64,000 nt of DNA from Candidatus Poribacteria bacterium (lineage in GTDB: Bacteria; Poribacteria; WGA-4E; WGA-3G), in NCBI GenBank assembly GCA_965205015.1, contig OZ242029.1, positions 4,128,001 through 4,192,000 of the forward strand, in the 5' to 3' direction. The notes below the pieces were generated by a model that was not told the origin of the DNA, made no database searches, and worked only from the letters and a program-made list of their open reading frames with translations. The position numbers were made by a program, and so were the translations under genes. This document shows positions 11,093-20,864 of the stretch, piece after piece. Position 1 is the stretch's first letter, and every line of letters begins with the position of its first letter.

Positions 11093-14000
11093 ACGAACTG
11101 CAAACAAGAAAAAACATTGAGCAGGCACTGAAAGATTTTCAACGCGGAGCGCTGGCAATGAACGCCAACAACCTGCTTAACGCACTCGGTTACGAAAGTG
11201 AAATAACAGTAGAGCTTGAATCTAATCTCGCTGAGGAGTTCATCTCGTATTTCGACCAGTTTGGAAAACTAAACCCGGAACGGGCAATGGTAGATGAATG
11301 GGAGTCTATTGATTTTCTGTTTCAACTCACAGAAGAAGAAATCTCCGGAACAGGTCAGACGCGAATCGTTTTTAAAAACAGGCAGCTTGACAACACGGTT
11401 ATTGAATCATATGTTTTCTTCGCGCTAAAGTTACGGGAAAACAATTACACTCGCACACAGTTGGCCAACATTACCCGCGAAATCAATAGACTGACACCGA
11501 TGCCTGCAATGATTGTTTTCCAGCACGGTCAGACTGTGAGTCTCGCTGTCATCAATCGCCGCCTGCACAAGCGAGATGCAGCGAAGGACGTGCTTGAAAA
11601 GGTAACCCTGATTAAAGATATCGATTCCCACGATCCCCATCCCGCTCACATTCAAATTCTCTTTGACCTGTCACGAGATGAGCTGTTTAGGGTCCACGGC
11701 TTCAGCAACTTTGTTGAACTGCATCGTGCCTGGGCAAAAACACTTGATATCCAGGAGTTGAACAAACGATTCTATCGCGAACTCTCCAATTGGTACTTCT
11801 GGGCAATGGATAATGTAACTTTCCCAGAGGACGCAGGCGAAAATGTAGATATCCGCAACGCCACCAGTGTGATTCGCTTGGTTACACGGTTAATCTTTGT
11901 CTGGTTCATCAAGGAGAAAAAATTAGTCCCCGACATCTTCTTTAATCCGAGAGAGATAGAGAAAATCCTTGTCAGCACCGACCCACAGGAAAGTACTTAT
12001 TACAAAGCTATCCTCCAAAACCTTTTCTTCGCGACCCTCAATCAGGAGATGAACACCCCTAAAAAACCCGATAACCGTAAATTTCGCGGTAAGGGACGAC
12101 AGCACTACAATATCACGTCACTCTATCGCTATGAAACGTATTTCACGAATTCAGATGAGGCACTGCGACACTTTGAAAAAATCCCGTTCTTGAATGGTGG
12201 TCTCTTTGAATGCTTGGATAAAGAGAACAAGGACAATCCCAAGAAAATTCTACGGATTGATGGCTTTTCCGATCGGGCAGATAACCAGTTATCCGTTCCC
12301 AATTTCCTGTTCTTTTCCGAGGAAAGGAATGTTGACCTCAACAGCGTCTACGACACAAAAGGCAAGCGGTATAAGGTCCGTGGACTCATTGACATCCTCC
12401 GCCGCTACAAATTTACGATTACAGAAAACACTCCTATTGAAGAAGAAGTCGCGCTTGACCCGGAACTGCTCGGGAAGGTTTTTGAAAACCTGCTTGCGGC
12501 ATACAACCCCGAAACCGGTGCAACCGCACGGAAGCAGACCGGCTCCTTCTACACCCCTCGCGAAATCGTCAACTATATGGTTGACGAATCACTCATCGCT
12601 TACTTGAAAGAAAGTAGCAGGCACACTCCGTTGTGCCGTAGCATTGATACTGATGCGGCAACAGAAACCAAACTCCGCCACCTTCTCGCTTACAACGACG
12701 AACCCCATCAATTCACCGATACCGAAATCGAGCAGCTCATCAACGCCATTGATACCCTCAAAATACTGGACCCTGCCTGCGGATCGGGTGCTTTCCCGAT
12801 GGGCATTTTACATAAACTCGTTTTCATCCTCGGAAAGCTTGACCCACGTAACGACCAGTGGAGACAACGACAAATTGCCAAAGTCGAACACCTCATTGAT
12901 ATGGCAGAAGAAATTGACGACAGCACGGTTCGGCGAAACACCATCCGCGACCTCGAACAGGAAAAAGACAATATCAATGAGACATTTGAGCGGAACGAAC
13001 TCGACTACGGCAGAAAACTCTACCTCATAGAGAACTGCATCTACGGTGTGGATATCCAACCGATTGCGGTCCAGATCGCCAAACTCCGATTCTTCATTTC
13101 GCTCGTCGTAGACCAAAGAATTGACGATGCCCAAGAGAATAGAGGCGTGCGTCCTCTGCCCAATTTAGAAACCAAGTTTGTCGCGGGAAACACACTCATC
13201 GGTGTAGAGAAACCGACACAACTGTTAATGCGCAATCCAGAAATTGATCGCAAGGAAAGAGAATTGGGCGGGGTCCGAAGGAAACATTTCACCGCCCGCA
13301 CCCCAAGAACCAAAGAGAAATACCGCAACCTTGATAAGCAAATCCGTGCCGACATCAGTCAATTGCTCAGGAGCGACGGTTTCCCCAGCGAAACGACTGA
13401 AAAAATTGCTAACTGGGATCCTTATGACCAAAATGCAGTCGCCGATTTCTTTGATGCCGAGTGGATGTTCGGTATCACGGAGGGTTTTGATGTGGTGATT
13501 GGCAATCCACCTTACGTCCGTCAAGAGAAGATTAAAGCACTCAAACCTGCTTTCAAAAAACACTACACCTGTTACACGGGTGCTGCAGACCTCTACGTCT
13601 ATTTCTATGAGCGCGGACTCCAACTGCTGAGTCCAAACGGTATCCATACGTTTATCTGTTCCAACAGTTGGCTGGATGTCAACTACGGCGCGCCGCTACA
13701 GAAGTATGTATTAGACAACACCGCGGGGGCGGTTGTCTGTCACAGTGAAGCAGAACGTGAGTTTGAGAGTGCCGACATCAACACCATCGTGAGTATTCTC
13801 CAAAATGGGACTCCCAATGCGGATTCTCGTGCTCGTTTTCTCACCTTCAAGACTTTCATCGGCGATCCAGATGTAGAGAATCGCCGTGAAGGAACACGCA
13901 CCTATACCGAGTTAGCACAAGCCGGCACCCGCGATAACAGATATGCAGGAGACAAATGGGGCGGGAAGTATCTACGCGCCCCTGACATCTATTGGACGAT

Positions 14001-14817
14001 TTTAGAGAAAGGAAAAGATAAACTGGTGCGTCTGGGGGACATCGCGGAGGTGAGACGAGGCTTCACAACGGGTGCCAATGAGTTCTTTTATCTTGACGAT
14101 GAAAGGATTCAGGCATGGGACCTTGCGGATGAATTTCTGAAGCCTGTCATCAAGAGTCCACGGGAATGCAAAAGCATCCGTGTAGATCCCAACCAGTTGC
14201 AGTTCAAGTTATTTATGTGCCATGCAGATAAATCCGAATTAGCAGGGACTGCGGCGTTGGAATACATTGAATGGGGTGAGTCGCAGGGGTATCATCGGAG
14301 ACCGAGTTGTCGAGGTCGCACACGCTGGTGGGATTTGGGGCAATGGGAATACCCTGATATGTTATGGTCGGATGCCTACAATGTTCGATTTGGATGTTTT
14401 GAAAACGCTGGTGATTATTTTGCAGATAAACGGTTTTTCGTTATAGAATTCAAGGAGAACAATTTGGCAACGCGCGCCTACTTAAACAGCACTATCATTC
14501 CGTTGTTAATTGAAACCGAAGGTATCTCTAATTTGGGTGAAGGCGTTATTTATACCAACGTTTACTGGTTAAAAACACTTCCGATATTGACAGAAAACCG
14601 TATAACGAAAGAGATTCACCAATGCTATGAAAACATAAAAACGCGCGAGATCCTTCCTATCTTTGATGAAATCCATCAACCTGATCGTCGCGCCCTTGAC
14701 ACAATCATTTTCGATGCCCTTGACCTCACACAAGGTGAACGGGATGGTGTGTATGAAGCGGTTGTGAATCTGGTAGAATCGCGCCTGCGGAAGGCGAGGA
14801 GTTTGAAGGGTAAATAG
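11089..14817 (+). CDS. Eco57I/TaqI-like (type IIG-like) N6-adenine DNA methyltransferase
   Basis: FLNGGLF, GSFYTPREIV, LDPACGSGAF, GVDIQ, VIGNPPY; ATGA overlap with the helicase stop at 11089-11092. Confidence 0.85.
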   Translation: MNELQTRKNIEQALKDFQRGALAMNANNLLNALGYESEITVELESNLAEEFISYFDQFGKLNPERAMVDEWESIDFLFQLTEEEISGTGQTRIVFKNRQLDNTVIESYVFFALKLRENNYTRTQLANITREINRLTPMPAMIVFQHGQTVSLAVINRRLHKRDAAKDVLEKVTLIKDIDSHDPHPAHIQILFDLSRDELFRVHGFSNFVELHRAWAKTLDIQELNKRFYRELSNWYFWAMDNVTFPEDAGENVDIRNATSVIRLVTRLIFVWFIKEKKLVPDIFFNPREIEKILVSTDPQESTYYKAILQNLFFATLNQEMNTPKKPDNRKFRGKGRQHYNITSLYRYETYFTNSDEALRHFEKIPFLNGGLFECLDKENKDNPKKILRIDGFSDRADNQLSVPNFLFFSEERNVDLNSVYDTKGKRYKVRGLIDILRRYKFTITENTPIEEEVALDPELLGKVFENLLAAYNPETGATARKQTGSFYTPREIVNYMVDESLIAYLKESSRHTPLCRSIDTDAATETKLRHLLAYNDEPHQFTDTEIEQLINAIDTLKILDPACGSGAFPMGILHKLVFILGKLDPRNDQWRQRQIAKVEHLIDMAEEIDDSTVRRNTIRDLEQEKDNINETFERNELDYGRKLYLIENCIYGVDIQPIAVQIAKLRFFISLVVDQRIDDAQENRGVRPLPNLETKFVAGNTLIGVEKPTQLLMRNPEIDRKERELGGVRRKHFTARTPRTKEKYRNLDKQIRADISQLLRSDGFPSETTEKIANWDPYDQNAVADFFDAEWMFGITEGFDVVIGNPPYVRQEKIKALKPAFKKHYTCYTGAADLYVYFYERGLQLLSPNGIHTFICSNSWLDVNYGAPLQKYVLDNTAGAVVCHSEAEREFESADINTIVSILQNGTPNADSRARFLTFKTFIGDPDVENRREGTRTYTELAQAGTRDNRYAGDKWGGKYLRAPDIYWTILEKGKDKLVRLGDIAEVRRGFTTGANEFFYLDDERIQAWDLADEFLKPVIKSPRECKSIRVDPNQLQFKLFMCHADKSELAGTAALEYIEWGESQGYHRRPSCRGRTRWWDLGQWEYPDMLWSDAYNVRFGCFENAGDYFADKRFFVIEFKENNLATRAYLNSTIIPLLIETEGISNLGEGVIYTNVYWLKTLPILTENRITKEIHQCYENIKTREILPIFDEIHQPDRRALDTIIFDALDLTQGERDGVYEAVVNLVESRLRKARSLKGK

Positions 14818-14819
14818 GG

Positions 14820-14864
14820 TGTCTGAATCGCGGATTTTCGCGGATTAGGCAGATTTCGCGGATT
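14820..14864 (+). repeat. Repeat family A copy directly after the methyltransferase stop
   Basis: TGTCTGAATCGCGGATTTTCGCGGATTAGGCAGATTTCGCGGATT; degenerate copy at 15059-15084. Confidence 0.85.
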
Positions 14865-14865
14865 A

Positions 14866-14936
14866 CGCTCCAGCGGAGCGATATGTCTATAGTACACATG
14901 ATGGGTCCAGTCTTCCGCTCCAGCGGAGCGGTATGT
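14866..14936 (+). repeat. Two copies of short palindrome CGCTCCAGCGGAGCG(A/G)TATGT
   Basis: Direct repeat; similar CCCCGTAGGGG...ATATGTCTATAG unit at 29463-29487. Confidence 0.65.
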
Positions 14937-15121
14937 GAGGTATGAAAATTAGGAAAATTAGGTGAGTGTCAGATTCCAAATTTGGTTGATATCTGTCGGC
15001 TATATGTGCTATTCTTAAGTATGGTAATCTGCATTGTTGAGAAAGCAGCGCACAAACCGTCTGAATCGCTGATTATACGGAGTTTTCCGATCCATATTAG
15101 CCTTGAATAGGGATGTAATGA

Positions 15122-18100
15122 ATGCCAAAATATGATGTTGCGTTGTCGTTCGCTGGACAAGATCGACAGCACGCCAAAGCCTTAGCAGATCTTCTTAAAA
15201 CGGGCGGATATACATTCTTTTATGATGAGAATGAGCGCGCGCACCTTTGGGGCAAAGATCTCTATGTTCACCTATCGTCGATTTACAAAAATCAGGCGCG
15301 CTATTGTATTATGTTTTTGTCTGAACACTATGCCCGGAACTTGTGGACCAACCATGAGCGCGAGAGTGCTCAGGCGAGGGCATTTCAGGAAAATCGCGAG
15401 TATATTCTCCCAGTTCGTATTGATGATACAGAAATACCGGGTATTCTCCCGACGGTTGGATATCTTGATTTACGTTCAATGACTATTGCAGAAGTCTATG
15501 AAGCCTTAGTAAAAAAGTTATCAAGTACTGCATCACGAAAAACACCATCCGATAACAACAATGCTCCTCATCCTGAGAGGGAGAAAGAAAAATCCTTTAA
15601 TCATGAACGCGATCAAAATGTAAACGCTGAAGATTCTAAAACATCTTTAGGTCAAAAAGGTGTGAGCGAAAAGGGATCTCATGAAAAGGCAAGCAACAGG
15701 CCACTAAAAGGATTCATTACATACTCACACGAGAATACTATACAAAAAGACGAATTACGCAAACGTTTTGCCGTAATGAAGCAGAATAATGAGCTAATAA
15801 CATGGGATGACGGTCAACTTACACCTGGAGATGGAGCACTTCAGGAAGACATTCTCGAAAAGATTGCTGATTCGGACCTACTACTCTACCTTGTTTCTGC
15901 CGCGAGTCTTGACTCTAAAAACTGTAACAGGGAATTAGCAGAGGCGTTGAAGCGAGAGATTAGAGTTATCCCGATTATCCTTGAGCATTGCGATTGGCTG
16001 CATCATCAACTTAGCGGTTTTGAAGTTCTTCCACACAAAGGGAAGCCGCTTAGCGGTTGGGACGATCAGAGCGAAGGCTGGCAAAATGTGGTGGATGGCG
16101 TTCGAAAAGCACTTAACAAGATGGGGGGGGGATCCGAGACACCCGAGAAAGAGTTACGCGCTGAATTAGCGTTCCAACGTGGGAATACTATCATGATACT
16201 CGGACAACTGGATATGGCAATAGAGGCGTACTCTGATGCTATCAATCTCAATCCGCGTAACGCGAGTGCCTATTGCAATCGCGGTGTTGCTTACATGGAA
16301 AAAGGCGAACTTGATCGCGCTATTAAGGACTATAACATAGCGATAAAATTGGGTTTCAAGCATGCTTTAGTCCATACCAATCGCGGGGTCGCTTATGGGA
16401 AAAAAGAGGAACATGATCTTGCTATAAAAGATTATAACAAAGCCATAGAACTCAATTCCGGTTTTGCCCATGCCTATTACAACCGGGGTGTCGCTTATAG
16501 TGATATAGGCGAATTGGATCTTGCTATTCAAGACTATACTAAAGCAATAGAACGTAAACACGATTATATTCAAGCCTACACCGGCCGAGGTCTTGTCTAC
16601 AGCGAAAAAAATGATTTTGACTTAGCAATTGCGGACTATACTCAGGCAATAGAACTCAATCAACACTATGCAGCTGCCTACAACAACCGCGGACTCGCTT
16701 ACGTTAGTACGGGTGAGTTGGATCTTGCTATTCAAGACTATACTAAAGCAATAGAACTCAATCCAAAGTTTGCCGGAACCTATTATAATCGCGGTGTTGC
16801 TTATGGACAGAAAAATGAAATTGATAAAAGTATCGTTGATTATACCAAGACAGTAGAACTGGATTCTAATTATGTGGATGCCTACTACTGTCTCGGCAAT
16901 GCCTATGTTGATAAAGACAAATTTATCGCAGCCATCACACACTATAGTAAAGTGATAGAATTGGATCCAGATTATGTTGAGGCCTATTATAATCGAGGTT
17001 GGACGCATAGCAAAAATGCCAATCATGATCTTGCTATTGCAGATTGTGACATGGTAATAGAATTAGAACCGAGTCGTGCGGGAGCATATAACATGCGCGG
17101 TGTTTCCAACTACAGTAAAGGCAATTCCGCGAATGCAATTAAAGACTTTAGCAAAGCAATAGAATTAGAGCCAGATTATGTTGATGCCTATAATAACCGC
17201 GGCAACGTTTACCTCAAAAGCAGACAAGTTGTTCTTGCGCTTAAAGACTTTAACAAGGCAATAGAACTTAATCCCAAGTATAGAGATGCCTATAATGGTC
17301 TCGCTGAAGTTCATAGCGTTAGAGATGAGTTTGACCAGGCTATTGCCAACTATAACAAGGCACTAAAATTGGATCCTAATTATGCCGTGGCCTATTGCAA
17401 TCGAGGCAATGTCTATAATGACAAAGGCGAGGTAGACAAGGCAATTGCGGATTATAACAGGGCGATTGCCCTAGACTCGAAAAATGCCGAAACCTATTAT
17501 AGTAGAGGCAATACGTACCTCAATAAAGGTGAGTTTGATCTCGCTATCACAGATTATAATAAAGCAATAGAACTCAACCTAGACAAGGCTGAAGTCTACT
17601 TATACCGCGGCGTGGCTCGGATGTGCTTGCGAAATTGGCAAGATGCCAAAGCCGATCTGATTGTTGCCCGGGACAAAGAGTTGGATATCACCGATGCGTT
17701 TCATAAAGACATCAAAAGTATTGAAGCCCTTGAGCGAATAGTCGGTACTCCATTGCCCACAGATATTGCTTTACTGTTAACGCACCAAGTACTTGAACCT
17801 AATAATGCTGAAACCTATATCATCCGTGGCATTGCTTACGCTAAAAATGGCGAGTATGATCTTGCCGTTGCTGATTTTAGCAAGGCAATAGAACTAGAAC
17901 CAGAGACGCTTATTGCCTATGGGCATCGCGGCGTAGCTTACTACAACGAAGGCAAGTTTCACCAAGCGGTCACTGACTTTAATAGAACAATAAGCCTTAC
18001 ACCTGAAGACCCATTTGCCTATTATGTTCGCGGGATGGCTTACCGTAACCTGTTGGTTTTTGAGAAAGCCATCCAAGACTTTAGCACAGCGGCAATACGT

Positions 18101-19027
18101 CTCAAACCCGATGCGGCTGCCAATGCCTATACGGAACGCGGTGTAACCTACCACCTTAAGGGGGACGTGGATAAGGCAATTGAAGACTATAACACTGCAA
18201 TAGCGTTGGATCCAAAGTTCCCAAAGGCTTATACGGAACGTGGAAAGACTTACCGCGATAAAGGCGAGGTAGACAAGGCGATTGCGGATTACGACAGAGC
18301 CATAGAACTTAATCCAGAGTTTGCTGAGCCTTATACCTGCCGCGGCTCCATCTACAAGGAACGAGGCGAGATAGACAAGGCGATTGAAGATCACAGGAAA
18401 GCCATAGAATTGAATCCAGAATTTGCTGAAGCATACCTCAATCGGGGACAGGCTTACTACGCCAAGAACGAATTGGACAAGGCGATTGCGGATTATGACA
18501 AAGCCATAGAGCTTGATCCAAAACTTGTGGAGGCATACACGCATCGGGGCAACGCATATCGCGACAAAGCCGAGTTAGACAGTGCAATTACGGATTATAC
18601 GAAGGCACTAAAACTCAGACCAAAAGTTGCCGAATCCTATTATACACGGGGTGAAGCGTGGTTGCTTGCGAAAAGGTGGGAAGAAGCAAAGACCGACCTG
18701 ACAGCTGCGCTCTTACAAGACGTAGATGTTGCCGCTGTGTTTCACAATACCTATGAAAGCACTGCTGCCTTTGAACAAAAAATAGGGGTTCGTTTACCGA
18801 AAGAGATTGTTGAGTTGCTGACCCCACCGAGCGGGTCCCCGTTTGAAATTGGGAGAGACGCGCGGATCGCGTTAGGAATGAAGTACTACGGGAGCGGTGA
18901 ACTTAGCAGTGGTCTTGCCTCGAAACTCGCAGGGGTCCCGCGCGAAGAATTCTGGCGTCTGATGGGGGATTATGGGCTCTCTCCTTTGTATGTTGATGAG
19001 GAGGAGCTTGTCAATAGCGGATTTTAA
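15122..19027 (+). CDS. TIR-TIR-TPR array protein with C-terminal UPF0175-like domain
   Basis: TIR1 YDVALSFAG...WTNHE; TIR2 GFITYSH...CNRE; roughly 24 TPRs (AYYNRG...AIxDYxKAIELNP); tail ARIALGMKYYGSGELSSGLASKLAGVPREEFWRLMGDYG. Confidence 0.85.
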   Translation: MPKYDVALSFAGQDRQHAKALADLLKTGGYTFFYDENERAHLWGKDLYVHLSSIYKNQARYCIMFLSEHYARNLWTNHERESAQARAFQENREYILPVRIDDTEIPGILPTVGYLDLRSMTIAEVYEALVKKLSSTASRKTPSDNNNAPHPEREKEKSFNHERDQNVNAEDSKTSLGQKGVSEKGSHEKASNRPLKGFITYSHENTIQKDELRKRFAVMKQNNELITWDDGQLTPGDGALQEDILEKIADSDLLLYLVSAASLDSKNCNRELAEALKREIRVIPIILEHCDWLHHQLSGFEVLPHKGKPLSGWDDQSEGWQNVVDGVRKALNKMGGGSETPEKELRAELAFQRGNTIMILGQLDMAIEAYSDAINLNPRNASAYCNRGVAYMEKGELDRAIKDYNIAIKLGFKHALVHTNRGVAYGKKEEHDLAIKDYNKAIELNSGFAHAYYNRGVAYSDIGELDLAIQDYTKAIERKHDYIQAYTGRGLVYSEKNDFDLAIADYTQAIELNQHYAAAYNNRGLAYVSTGELDLAIQDYTKAIELNPKFAGTYYNRGVAYGQKNEIDKSIVDYTKTVELDSNYVDAYYCLGNAYVDKDKFIAAITHYSKVIELDPDYVEAYYNRGWTHSKNANHDLAIADCDMVIELEPSRAGAYNMRGVSNYSKGNSANAIKDFSKAIELEPDYVDAYNNRGNVYLKSRQVVLALKDFNKAIELNPKYRDAYNGLAEVHSVRDEFDQAIANYNKALKLDPNYAVAYCNRGNVYNDKGEVDKAIADYNRAIALDSKNAETYYSRGNTYLNKGEFDLAITDYNKAIELNLDKAEVYLYRGVARMCLRNWQDAKADLIVARDKELDITDAFHKDIKSIEALERIVGTPLPTDIALLLTHQVLEPNNAETYIIRGIAYAKNGEYDLAVADFSKAIELEPETLIAYGHRGVAYYNEGKFHQAVTDFNRTISLTPEDPFAYYVRGMAYRNLLVFEKAIQDFSTAAIRLKPDAAANAYTERGVTYHLKGDVDKAIEDYNTAIALDPKFPKAYTERGKTYRDKGEVDKAIADYDRAIELNPEFAEPYTCRGSIYKERGEIDKAIEDHRKAIELNPEFAEAYLNRGQAYYAKNELDKAIADYDKAIELDPKLVEAYTHRGNAYRDKAELDSAITDYTKALKLRPKVAESYYTRGEAWLLAKRWEEAKTDLTAALLQDVDVAAVFHNTYESTAAFEQKIGVRLPKEIVELLTPPSGSPFEIGRDARIALGMKYYGSGELSSGLASKLAGVPREEFWRLMGDYGLSPLYVDEEELVNSGF

Positions 19028-19029
19028 GG

Positions 19030-19521
19030 ATGCCAATACAGCCAGTTATTAGCAATAACAGTCCGCTTGTTGGACTCTTCGGGCTCAACCTTCTTTCTCT
19101 ATTGCGTGATCTTTATACAGAGGTGTGGATTCCACGAAAAGTTGAAAAGGAGTTTCTCAAAAAAGATCCGATAGTTCGTCGGGAAGCCCTCGAAAATGCG
19201 CCTTGGATTAAAACCGTCGATTTAACGGATCCGCAAACCGCTGCGGTTTATGTGGCACTTGATGACGGTGAAGCCGAAACCTTGGCTCTTGCGAATGAAC
19301 ATGATGCACGTCTCGTTCTTCTTGATGAAAAGGTGGGAAGACAGACTGCCGAAGAAGTTGGATTAACGGTTAAGGGGACAGTCGGCATTTTGTTGGAAGC
19401 AAAGGAAAAAGGCTTGATTGATGTTATCAAGCCGCTTTTAATTCGGTTGCAGGATAACGGAATGCACCTGAGCGAATCACTCATCCATAACGCCCTGCAA
19501 AGGGCAGGTGAGACAGATTAA
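19030..19521 (+). CDS. DUF3368-family PIN-domain protein (putative toxin/RNase)
   Basis: VISNNSPL, IPRKVEKE, LDDGEAETLALA, VLLDEKVGR, VKGTVGILLEAKEKGLI. Confidence 0.85.
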   Translation: MPIQPVISNNSPLVGLFGLNLLSLLRDLYTEVWIPRKVEKEFLKKDPIVRREALENAPWIKTVDLTDPQTAAVYVALDDGEAETLALANEHDARLVLLDEKVGRQTAEEVGLTVKGTVGILLEAKEKGLIDVIKPLLIRLQDNGMHLSESLIHNALQRAGETD

Positions 19522-19608
19522 CGGTTTTCTGCACACCTATCGCCCCCTTGGGGCTTAGGTATGACATTTGGGGACTGGCTCCACTTGACTAACCCGCTCT
19601 TCTCCTGA

Positions 19609-19708
19609 AAATCCTAAAATCCCGTAAATCCTGATTCTGACAGCTCCGCCTCACCCTTGCCAAAATCCGCGTAATCCGTATAATCCGTGAAAATCCGCGA
19701 TTCAGACA
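19609..19708 (-). repeat. Repeat family A copy (19664-19708) and variant (19609-19642)
   Basis: Reverse complement of TGTCTGAATCGCGGATT and of TGTCAGAATCAGGATT with periodic GGATT units. Confidence 0.8.
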
Positions 19709-19709
19709 A

Positions 19710-20687
19710 CTATCCCCGCGCAAACACCAAAACATCGTAACTCTGTCCGCTATACGTGAATTGATCTTTGAACCGACCTTCACAGGTAAAGCCTGCGGCT
19801 TCCAAAATCTCCGCCTTCTTTGCAGCACCGCTGTCAATATAACACTGAACCTTTGACTCAGGAAACGTCACTGCAGAAAGCAACGCCGGAACAGCGTCTG
19901 CAAAATTCGGATGAAAGAAGAGGTCCAACACAGCAGTCGCGGGTCGCCAACGTGAATCCCGACCGACAGTTGCCCATCCCACGATTGCTCCACCTGAAGA
20001 AATTAACAATTTCGCATCGTCGTAGGCGTCCTCGGTTTCCAAATCGTGTTTGAAACTCAGAAATCCGCCCTCAAGGTTCGTGGGACCGTAAACCCCCCAC
20101 TTCAGACTTCGGAGTGTGTCCCATCCGACAATACCCGATAACGCCGTGACTTTCGGCCAATCGTGCCATTCCACGGATTTCGGTGCCGCAGGTGCAGGCG
20201 CGAAGTAACGTTCCTCAAAGTCCTCATTGACATGATACTTCATGAAACCGGACTCTGGAAATACGCTTTCAAATCCGAAACTGTGATAGATATAATAGGG
20301 ATGACTCTTGTAACCCGTGCCGAGGTAGAGTGCCTTGCCTAACCGTTGTCGGAAATCCTCCATCTGATACGCCATCACGCCTTTTGCTGCCCCCTTCCTG
20401 CGCTGTTCTGGCATGGTAAAAACGTGTCCTAAAATACCGACGCCTTCATACTCAACCGTCATGATGTTGGTAATCACAGTGCCGTCGAGTTTACCGACAT
20501 AGAAACGGGTTTCTAATACATCAAGGATTTCCGTGACGCACCGCTCAATATGCCACTTATAGTTCCCCGGTTTATGCCCAAGGAATTGTTTCACCTCTTC
20601 GGCGTGAGGCGTGTCTGGGGCGGTAATGACACCGACCTCCATCCGTTCCCCTGTTTTCAGTAATGCGTCTCCGAGTTTATCGTACAT
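19710..20687 (-). CDS. GNAT-family N-acetyltransferase
   Basis: GHVFTMPEQRRKGAA acetyl-CoA motif, YHSFGF; second GNAT-like half (LEAAGFTCEG). ATG 20687 preceded by GAGG. Confidence 0.75.
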   Translation of the reverse strand: MYDKLGDALLKTGERMEVGVITAPDTPHAEEVKQFLGHKPGNYKWHIERCVTEILDVLETRFYVGKLDGTVITNIMTVEYEGVGILGHVFTMPEQRRKGAAKGVMAYQMEDFRQRLGKALYLGTGYKSHPYYIYHSFGFESVFPESGFMKYHVNEDFEERYFAPAPAAPKSVEWHDWPKVTALSGIVGWDTLRSLKWGVYGPTNLEGGFLSFKHDLETEDAYDDAKLLISSGGAIVGWATVGRDSRWRPATAVLDLFFHPNFADAVPALLSAVTFPESKVQCYIDSGAAKKAEILEAAGFTCEGRFKDQFTYSGQSYDVLVFARG

Positions 20688-20717
20688 CTCTACCTCTATT
20701 GTATCAATTATAGGAAT

Positions 20718-20864
20718 AGGACTTACGCAGTTTCCCTGTTTTTGTGCCGTTTTTGGTTCGTAGTCGCGCAATGGCGCAAGTCGCGTATGGACTTGCGGGA
20801 CAATGCGCTTTCTTCGGGAATATCACCGCAATTTTGGCATAGAAGCCAATTGTGCATAAGTCCT
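20718..20864. mobile_element. MITE-like element with AGGACTTACGCA...TGCATAAGTCCT terminal inverted repeats
   Basis: 12-bp imperfect TIRs; similar element at 52147-52267. Confidence 0.55.

Noticed and set aside
17894-18544. Long antisense ORFs, here and at 1278-2192
   Set aside because: Shadows of repetitive or codon-biased genes on the opposite strand.
15122-19027. Thoeris or CBASS assignment for the TIR protein
   Set aside because: No ThsA-like (SIR2/Macro/SLOG) or cyclase gene is adjacent.
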